Assembly (NCBI GenBank): GCA_951406725.2
Contig: OX597827.1
Location: 18,290,001 to 18,354,000 of the forward strand
From: Octopus vulgaris
Taxonomy: Eukaryota
Reading direction: 5' to 3'
DNA: 64,000 nt
Each line of letters begins with the position of its first letter. Position 1 is the stretch's first letter. Both the position numbers and the translations under genes were made by a program. Under the pieces are notes generated by a model. That model made no database searches. It was not told the DNA's origin and worked only from the letters and a program-made list of their open reading frames with translations. Shown in pieces: positions 55,790 through 64,000 of the stretch.

Positions 55790-56205
55790 GGCGGCGAGCT
55801 GGCAGAAACGTTAGCACGTCGGGCGAAATGCGTAACCGTATTTCGTCTGCCGTTACGTTCTGAGTTCAAATTCCGCCGAGGTCGACTTTGCCTTTCATCC
55901 TTTAGTGGTCGATTAAATAAGTACCAGTTACGCACTGAGGTCGATATAATCGACTTAATCCGTGTGTCTGTTCTAGTTTGTCCTCTCTGTTATTAGCCCC
56001 TTGTGGGTATTAAAGATACAGGTATTTCGTCTGTCTTGACGTTCTGAGTTCAAATTCCGCCAAGGTCGATTTTGCCTTTCATCCTCTCGGGGTAGATAAA
56101 TTAAGTACCAGTTACGCACTGGGCTCGATGTAATCGACTTAATCCCTTTGTCTGTCCTTGTTTGTCCCCTCTATGTTTAGCCCCTTGTGGGCAATAAAGA
56201 AATAA
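55790..56205 (+). mobile_element. SINE family C, tandem dimer
   Basis: A full unit followed by a headless second unit starting at GGTATTTCGTCTG. Confidence 0.88.
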
Positions 56206-56341
56206 GAAACACACACATATGTATACACACACACACACACACATACATACATACATACATATATATATATTTTTTTTTTTTTCTAGTTTCAGCTCAGAGC
56301 TGCGGCCATGCTGATGCACTGCCGTTAAAATTAAAGTAGAC

Positions 56342-56413
56342 TGCCGTGACCAGGATTCGAACCTGGGTTACCACGGCCACAACGTGGGGTCCTAACCACT
56401 AGACGATCACGGC
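56342..56413 (-). tRNA. trnH-GTG: tRNA-His(GTG), intact
   Basis: GCCGTGATCGTCTAGTGGTTAGGACCCCACGTTGTGGCCGTGGTAACCCAGGTTCGAATCCTGGTCACGGCA forms a full cloverleaf with A/B boxes; TTTT terminator about 12 nt downstream. Confidence 0.97.
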
Positions 56414-56419
56414 TACGTG

Positions 56420-56549
<130 letters not shown>

Positions 56550-56780
56550 TAAGAGATTGGTCACTATGTGGCTCACTCTAGCACTAGTAATAGATCCAAT
56601 AGGTTTCAACCACAAAAATACATGTTTCCCATGAGACCACTCTCTTATATTTATTTTTGTATAAAATATTATAATATGTTATAAAATATTATAATAATCC
56701 AGGTTTCTCGGGGCACTGGGCCACTTGGTGTTGAATAGGTATACTATTAAATTAGTATCTAATTCTCTCACCCTTATTAA

Positions 56781-56862
<82 letters not shown>

Positions 56863-57237
56863 GCACGTATATACAAATATATGTGTGTATAAATACGGCA
56901 GGTTTCATTAGGACAATCCTGATCCGGAAGACCTTTAGCATGTGAGCTGTTGATTCTTTGAATCAGGTACGAAGCGCAAATAGCCCTCGGCCCATTCATC
57001 TTTGAAGGAAGGTAGAACCAAACCAAATGTGAAGCGAGATATCTTCTGTTTGGCAGCCACTTTTCAATTTCTTCAATTTTGTTGCAGTTGATTTCATATT
57101 CGGTGAATCGATGTAGTTTTATATGGTAATCATTGACATGAAATTTATTTTCGCTATAAATCAATATATAGACAAATTCACTTTTAAAGTTTGCAAATTT
57201 GGGGTAATTTTAACCAATCGAAAACCAAGGACATATA

Positions 57238-57465
57238 TATTTCTTTACTACCCACAAGGGGCTAAATATAGAGGGGACAAACAAGGACAGACAAATGGAT
57301 TCAGTCGATTACATCGACCCCAGTGCGGAACTGGTATTTTATTTATTGACCCCGAAAGGATGAAAGGCAAAGTCTACCTCGGCGGAATTTCAACTCAGAA
57401 CGTAACATCAGACGAAATACCGCTAAGCATTTCGCCCGGGGCGCTAACGTTTCTGCCAGCTCGTA
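57238..57465 (-). mobile_element. SINE family C
   Basis: Reverse complement of the consensus. Confidence 0.85.
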
Positions 57466-57636
57466 TATAGGTGACTGTTTACATAATAACAAGCCAAGCG
57501 TTGAAAAAGCGTTTACGCAATACCACGTGTTTTCAAGCTATTATTTTACACTATGTTTTCCAGCCTTCATATTTTCTGCTCTTAAAATTACAAAATGTGT
57601 TGTTTACCTTTTTTTTTTTTCACTTTCACTTTTTTT

Positions 57637-57709
57637 CACGAGATAGCTCAGTTGGGAGAGCGTTAGGCTGAAGATCGAAAGGTCCCTGGTTCGGTTCCGG
57701 GTTTCAGCA
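57637..57709 (+). pseudogene. tRNA-Phe(GAA) pseudogene
   Basis: CACGAGATAGCTCAGTTGGGAGAGCGTTAGGCTGAAGATCGAAAGGTCCCTGGTTCGGTTCCGGGTTTCAGCA is colinear with eukaryotic tRNA-Phe but has acceptor-stem, anticodon-stem and B-box mismatches. Confidence 0.88.
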
Positions 57710-57732
57710 GTGTGTGCACGCTTGTTTATTTA

Positions 57733-58116
57733 AGGCGTATGAGTGGTTCCGGGTTCAGTCCCACTGCGTGGCACCTTGGGCAAGTGTCTTCTACTATAGC
57801 CTCGGGCCGACCAAAGCCTTGTGGGTGAATTTGGTAGACGGAAACTGAAAGAAGCCCGTCGTATATATGTATATATATATATGTGTATATGTACGAGCGT
57901 GTATATGTTTGTGTGTCTGTGTTTGTCCCCCAACCCCAACATCGCTTGACAACCGATGCTGGTGTGTTTACTTAGCGGTTTGGGAAAAGAAGACCGATAG
58001 AATAAGTACTAGGCTTACAAAGAATAAGTCCTGGGTTCGATTTGCTCGACTAAAGGCGGTGCTCCAGCATGGCCGCAGTCAAATGACTGAAACAAATAAA
58101 AGAGTAAAAGAGTAAA
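57733..58116 (+). mobile_element. SINE family B
   Basis: Consensus match with a short deletion in the head. Confidence 0.88.
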
Positions 58117-58511
58117 AGGGTGTTTTGTGTTTCTGCTTCAAAGTTTTTGTTATGTCTTTGAACTTCAGAAACGATTTCCTTTGAAAAGAGGGGATTAGGA
58201 AAATAGCTTTTCTTGTCACAACATTTTTCTGCCTGAACTTTGGACACAAAATTCCGAATTAAATACTGATGTCACTCAAATGGAAAAGCTCAAACTTTAG
58301 CACTGAGTTTTACAAAAATCTAATGTTGCGCGGATTTTCAATGGATTTTCGCACTGAAAACGGTAAAAAGGCACTAATTCTAGTGCATAAAGTACTAGAT
58401 TGACAACCCCTGTAAGGATCGTATATACGAGAGGTTTGCGAATGTTGTACAAACGCACGCACACACACATACCTACCTACTTATCTACTTCCCTACCTTC
58501 CTACATACATA

Positions 58512-59084
58512 CAGTACCGTGCAAAAGTTTTCGGCCACTTTAAACTGGAAGCCTTCTGACAAATTCTCGGTTATTAGAAAGCGAAACGACCCATGTTACA
58601 CTACGAAAACAGTGAAGTTTGTGTGGTAAGAGTGTGATGCTTTGGGGATACATAGAAAGTGATGGGTCAAGGAAGATGGTTAAAATTGACGGTAACTTGA
58701 ATAGGGTCAAACATATCCAGGTGCTGACTCTGATGAAGGTGATATTTTTCAGCATGACGGAACTCCATGCCACAGATCGCGTGCAATACAACAGAGTCTG
58801 GCTGAACTAAGAGAAGAAGAATCAACGCAATCTTGAAGAGTGTGGGAGCTCAGCCGCAGAGAATGGCATCGCATACCTGTGAAGATGGTGAAGGATTTGT
58901 ACGTATCTCTTTGCAGGTACATTGAAGCAATTATTCAAGTTAAGGGAAGCCACACGAAATATTAACAATATACAGTAACTTCTTGAAATGAACATTATGC
59001 AATAAATTTTCATTATAGACATTTTTTCTGTTTTAAAACACTTTATCTTTATTGGTTTATGTGAGATGGCCGAAAACTTTTGCA
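58512..59084 (+). mobile_element. Internally deleted Tc1 element
   Basis: TA then TIR CAGTACCGTGCAAAAGTTTTCGGCCA; partial right TIR TGGCCGAAAACTTTTGCA; residual KSVMLWGYI, IFQHDGTPCH and C-terminal KGSHTKY*. Confidence 0.88.
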
Positions 59085-59094
59085 AGGCCATTTT

Positions 59095-59680
59095 TGGTGG
59101 TCGAGACAATGGAATTTACTATGTTACGCCAGACTTCACGGTCCATCATAGCATTACGGAGGTCCTGTTGCTGGATGCCTGTATCCCTGGAGATTACATC
59201 AGGGTAGGAGAGTGTGCGCCCTCTGGTATCGCGAGCAGATGGCTTCCAGAGGAGAAGAGTAGAAATTGCCTCGTTTTCAGCTCTACAACAATATCCAGCA
59301 AACTGGACTCTCCTACCTTTCACAAGAGATGATACAGATGGTAGTTTTCCATATATTTGTACTTTGGTTGGATGACGCTTCCACGAGAGATTTTGAGCTC
59401 TCATAAGGAGGCGAGAGTAAGTTCCATCAAACCGTCAGTTGACACCATTTCTGGTAAGGGCTTTGAAATAAAACCTAGAAGAAGTTCCAGACACCGAGCT
59501 GAACACTTAACAGACACTGACTTTACTGACGACATTGCTCTTATCAGTGATTCTCTCTCCAATGCCCAGTCTCTTTTACAATCTCTCGAACAAGCCTCAA
59601 ACTGTGTAGGTCTTTACCTCAATGAGTCCAAGACTGAATATGTAAACAAGTGCCTGCCCAATAGTGATTGCACCATCCAA
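59095..59680. mobile_element. RTE-like LINE with inversion: C-terminus on the minus strand, RT core on the plus strand
   Basis: Minus ~59435-59095: DGTYSRLLMRAQNLSWKRHPT...RRVQFAGYC...AMMDREVWR. Plus ~59440-59680: TDTDFTDDIALIS...VGLYLNESKTEY. Confidence 0.82.
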
Positions 59681-59963
59681 CAAACCCAATGTTTCTTCTG
59701 TAAGAAACGCGATGTGAAACATCCACTTATCTGTTGGTAACTAGTAGAAATTTACAATAGTTAAAACTGGCCGAAGGGCTTTTACACGGTACTGTACACA
59801 CATACATACGTACGTACATACTTACATACATACATACGTAACATAAAACATACATACATACACACATACATACACACATACATACATACATACATACATA
59901 CATACATACATACATACATACATACATACATACATACATACATACATAATTTAATGGTATACT

Positions 59964-60362
59964 GTTTACTTTTTTACTTGTTTCAGTCATTTGACTGCGG
60001 CCATGCTGGAGCACCACCTTTAGTCGAGCAACTCGACCCCGGGACTTATTCTTTTTGTAAGCCCAGTACTTATTCAATCGGTCTCTTTTGCCGAACCGCT
60101 AAGTTACGGGGACATAAACACACCAGCATCGGTTGTCAAGCAATGCTAGGGGGACAAACACAGACACACAAACACACACACGCATATACATATATACATA
60201 TATACGACGAGCTTCTTTCAGTTTCCGTCAACCAAATCCACTCACAAGGCTTTGGTCGGCCCGAGGCTATAGTAGAAGACACTTGCCCAAGGTGCCACGC
60301 AGTGGGACTGAACCCAGAACCATGTGGTTGGTAAACAAGCTACTTACCACACAGCCACTCCT
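59964..60362 (-). mobile_element. SINE family B
   Basis: Reverse complement of the consensus. Confidence 0.9.
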
Positions 60363-60403
60363 AGGCAAACGTATCTTAATACGAATAAGTACGTTTGTAT
60401 ACT

Positions 60404-60450
<47 letters not shown>

Positions 60451-60607
60451 ACACATCCTGGGTAGCCAAACGCGGCTCACGAGCTGCTTTCGGCTCTATG
60501 GCTGTTGATACGCGGCTCCTCGGCCGTTAATATATGTGGCTCGCGGAAATAAGCTGAGCTCCTTTTATCTGTATCACAACGAAAGAGAGTAGCCAAGTGG
60601 ATTAGGA

Positions 60608-60963
60608 CAGTGGTTCCCAAACTTTTTCGGGCTGCCGCCCCCTTGACACCCGTCCCACATTCCTAGCACCCCCAACCCCGAGTAACCATCACAAACATAG
60701 ACCCCTTCCTGAAGCAAATTCAAAGCAACTGTATTTCACAAATAATACTTAACCTAGCTTAACCAGCGGTGGTGCCCCAGCATGGCCGCGGCCTTCGGGC
60801 TAAAACATTTTTAAGGATTTAAGGATTTAACGAACCCATTATTTTGTTGTTTTTACATGAATTGCTCCCCTATTATCGCTCCCCTTTTCTTCAACGCCCC
60901 CGTTGGAACTTTCCACTGCCCTCAGGGGGCGGGGTGCAATACCGCTCACTTTGGTAACCACTG
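60608..60963. mobile_element. hAT/Charlie-like MITE inserted in a family D SINE head
   Basis: TIRs CAGTGGTTCCCAAA / TTTGGTAACCACTG; the flanks rejoin as a tRNA-like head; TSD is degenerate. Confidence 0.7.
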
Positions 60964-61250
60964 GGTTAGAGTGTTGTACTCACGATCGTCAGGTCGTAGG
61001 TTCCATTCCCGGACCGAGTGGCACGTGTTGTGTTGTTGAGCAAAACCTTTCATTTCACGTTGTCCTGAGGACGGGCATGTCAAATAAATAAATAAATAAA
61101 TAAATAAGTAAATAAATAAATAAATAAATGAATAAATCCAATATTTCTTCTGCGTGTCGTAAAAGGTGACTAAAAGAGATTGAGTCAGTGCTTGCAATCC
61201 GACCTCATAAAACTAGCAACGACTACGCAGACAGAACAACGGTCACCCAC

Positions 61251-61482
61251 TGGTGACGAGTCGGCAGAATCGTTAGCACGCCGGGCGAAATGCTTAGTGG
61301 AACTTCGTCTGCCGCTACGTTCTGAGTTCAAATTCCACCGATGTCGACTTTGCCTTTCATCCTTTCGGGGTCGATAAATTAAGTACCAGTTACGCACCGG
61401 GGTCGATATAATCGACTTAATCCGTGTGTCTGTCCTTGTTTGTCTTCTCTGTGTTTAGCTCCTTGTGGGTAGTAAAGAAATA
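61251..61482 (+). mobile_element. SINE family C
   Basis: Consensus match. Confidence 0.85.
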
Positions 61483-61605
61483 GGTCAACCTCTGGGCTGG
61501 AGGGTTGACGCCCGGGATGGTGCAGAGGCATCATCAACCAGGAATAGCAGGGGATCACCAAAAAATGGTGGATGCAACGTAGGGCTGTTATAGTATATGC
61601 CCTGA

Positions 61606-61667
<62 letters not shown>

Positions 61668-61669
<2 letters not shown>

Positions 61670-62056
61670 TGTTTGTTTGTTGAGCGAAGCGGTCTTCGCC
61701 CCAGTAGTGGGAGAAGTCCGTAACGTGGTCCTTTGCTATTCGTAAGACCCGCAGAAGAGAAAGCAAGTCAACCCCCCCCCCCGACACCGAGAGCATCGAC
61801 GGATAGATGAATGCGCATCCGGGCTCAGCGGTTGCGTCGGATTCGTCGGGGACAAGAAACAGGAAGAAAGAGTGAGAGAGAGTTGGAGCGAAAGAGTACA
61901 ACAGGAGTCGCCACCCCCCATCCCCCTGCCGGAGCCTCGTGGAGCTTTTAGGTGTTTTCGCTCAATAAACACACACAACGCCCGGCCTGGGAATCGAAAC
62001 CGCGATCCTCCGACCGCGAGTCCGCTGCCCTAACCACTGGGCCATTGCGCCTCCAC
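61668..62056 (-). mobile_element. SINE family A, tail type 4 ending in (CAAA)n
   Basis: Family A head and body with a distinct ~190-bp 3' part. Confidence 0.88.
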
Positions 62057-62169
62057 TGCTACTACTGCTGCTGCTGCAATTGATATAAAGGTTAAATACG
62101 AAAAGAATTCAAGCTTTATAATTATTTATTGGGTATGAATTGATACGAACAGTATAGATCTGTAAGAAT

Positions 62170-62580
62170 AGGCGCAGGAGTGGCTGTGTGGTAAGTAGCC
62201 TGTCTACCAACCACATGGTTCCGGGTTCAGTCCCACTGCGTGGCACGTTGGGCAAGTGTCTTCTATTATAGCCTCGGGCCGACCAAAGTCTTGTGAGTGG
62301 ATTTGGTAGACGGAAACTGAAAGAAGCCCATCGTATATATGTATATATATATATGTATGCGTGTGTGTGTTTGTGTGTCTGTGTTTGTCCCTCTAGCACT
62401 GTTTGACAACCGATGCTGGTGTGTTTACGTCCCCGTCACTTAGCGGTTCGGCAAAAGAGACCGATAGAATAAGTACTGGGCTTACAAAAGAATAAGTTCC
62501 GGGGTCGAGTTGCTCGACTAAAGGCGGTGCTCCAGCATGGCCGCAGTTAGGTGGCTGAAACAAGTAAAAGAGTAAAGAGT
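62170..62580 (+). mobile_element. SINE family B, full length
   Basis: Consensus match. Confidence 0.9.
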
Positions 62581-62778
62581 TAAAGAGAGAATAGCTTTTT
62601 TTTACTTTTGCGGGTAAGTAAAATAGTGTTTCTCTTAACATTTCAGATAAACCCAAATATAAAATTGCAATGAATTTTTTAAATTTCCATCCCTTCTGTT
62701 TTGGTTTTCTAGGCTCTCACTTTCTCGCCATGTTTCCCATTCAAGTGGTAACCAGGTAGAAGATGCATACAAGCATAT

Positions 62779-63013
62779 ATATTTCTTTACTACCCACAAG
62801 GGGCTAAACACAGAGGGGACAAACAAGGGCAGACAAAGGGATTAAGTCGATTACATCGACCCCCAGTGTTTCACTGGTACTTAATTTATCGACACCGAAA
62901 GGATGAAAGGCAAAGTCGACCTCGGCGGAATTTGAACTTGGAACGTAACGACAGACGAAATACGGCTACGCATTTCGCCCGGCGTGCTTAACGTTTCTGC
63001 CAGCTCACCGCCA
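62779..63013 (-). mobile_element. SINE family C, full length
   Basis: Reverse complement of the consensus. Confidence 0.88.
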
Positions 63014-63119
63014 TATAAGCATATATGCAGGATATGTGGTTTGCACACACCACGTTGTTGTCAGCACTCTCTTTCGAAACACACTCCAGTGAGTCACACA
63101 CATTCGTAAGCGACAACTC

Positions 63120-63336
63120 ATTTACTCTTTTACTTGTTTCAGTCATTTGACTGCGGCCATGCTGGAGCACCACCTTTTAATCGAGCAACTCGACCCCGGG
63201 ACTTATTCTTTTGTAAGCCCAGTACTTATTCTATCGGTCTCTTTTGCCGAACCGCTAAGTGACGGGGACATAAACACACCAGCATCGGTTGTCAAGCAAT
63301 GCCAGGGGGACAAACACAGACACACAAACACACACG

Positions 63337-63376
<40 letters not shown>

Positions 63377-63543
63377 TACGACGGGCTTCTTTCAGTTTCC
63401 GTCTACCAAATCCACTCACAAGGCTTTGGTCGGTCCGAGGCTATAGCAGAAGACACTTGCCCAAGGTGCCACGCAGTGGGACTGAACCCGGAACCATGTG
63501 GTTGGTAAGCAAGCTACTTTACCACACAGCCACTCCTGCGCCT
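63120..63543 (-). mobile_element. SINE family B, full length
   Basis: Reverse complement of the consensus. Confidence 0.9.
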
Positions 63544-64000
63544 GGGAAATTTATTTTATATCTTTTCCGTCTTTTATCATTCGCGGCGTGTCACATTTCT
63601 CTTTTCATTGTGAAAGGCCAGTGTCGCTTCATCTACTTAGAACAATACTAATTTCATTCATTAACTCATTAACATCCAATTTCACTTCGTGATGGAATTC
63701 CCACTTCTAATATAGCAATGAGCAACAGAAGTGATTTTAAACGATAATCAATTGACATACAAGACAACCAACCCACAACTGGCAGTATTTGTCTGTTATG
63801 TATGTTGTTATAATGCGGATCCTCGTCCACTTGCGTGTTGTCGTCGGCACTATAATATTCATGTCACCACTATAATATTCATGTCTCCACTATTATGCTG
63901 TGGCGATATTTTGCGTCGTATTATCTTTGACTCATCTATCGTGCTATCGCTGAGAGCTCCACAAGACAAGAGTTTGAAACGTCTACCTTGACGGTAACTC

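Noticed and set aside
56880-57230. Complex ORF-like segment on the minus strand
   Set aside because: No recognisable protein motif; it runs into (TA)n and is probably a TE fragment, but I cannot assign it.

Overview
This is eukaryotic (animal) genomic DNA that is AT-rich and saturated with repeats. The SINE families and microsatellite style suggest a coleoid cephalopod, probably Octopus; this is inferred from recognition, not from a search. No intact host protein-coding gene is supportable, and almost all ORFs in the track are microsatellite translations. RNA genes are one intact tRNA-His(GTG) and two tRNA pseudogenes (Glu-TTC with a clean A-box/D-arm deletion, and Phe-GAA). Mobile elements include about 30 tRNA-headed SINE copies in four families (labelled A-D here), a head-to-tail array of non-autonomous Helitrons, decayed Tc1 and mariner elements, several MITE families (two carrying TTAGGG repeats), and RTE, CR1-like, Hero-like, R4-like and Penelope-like retroelement remnants. 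There is also a ~4.75 kb (GGT)n array. The most notable signal is a set of minimal type I hammerhead ribozyme motifs: one canonical, one with a compensatory U3-A8 pair, and several with family-wide core variants. They lie in short Penelope/retrozyme-like repeats. SINE and LINE boundaries are approximate, and family assignments need database confirmation.
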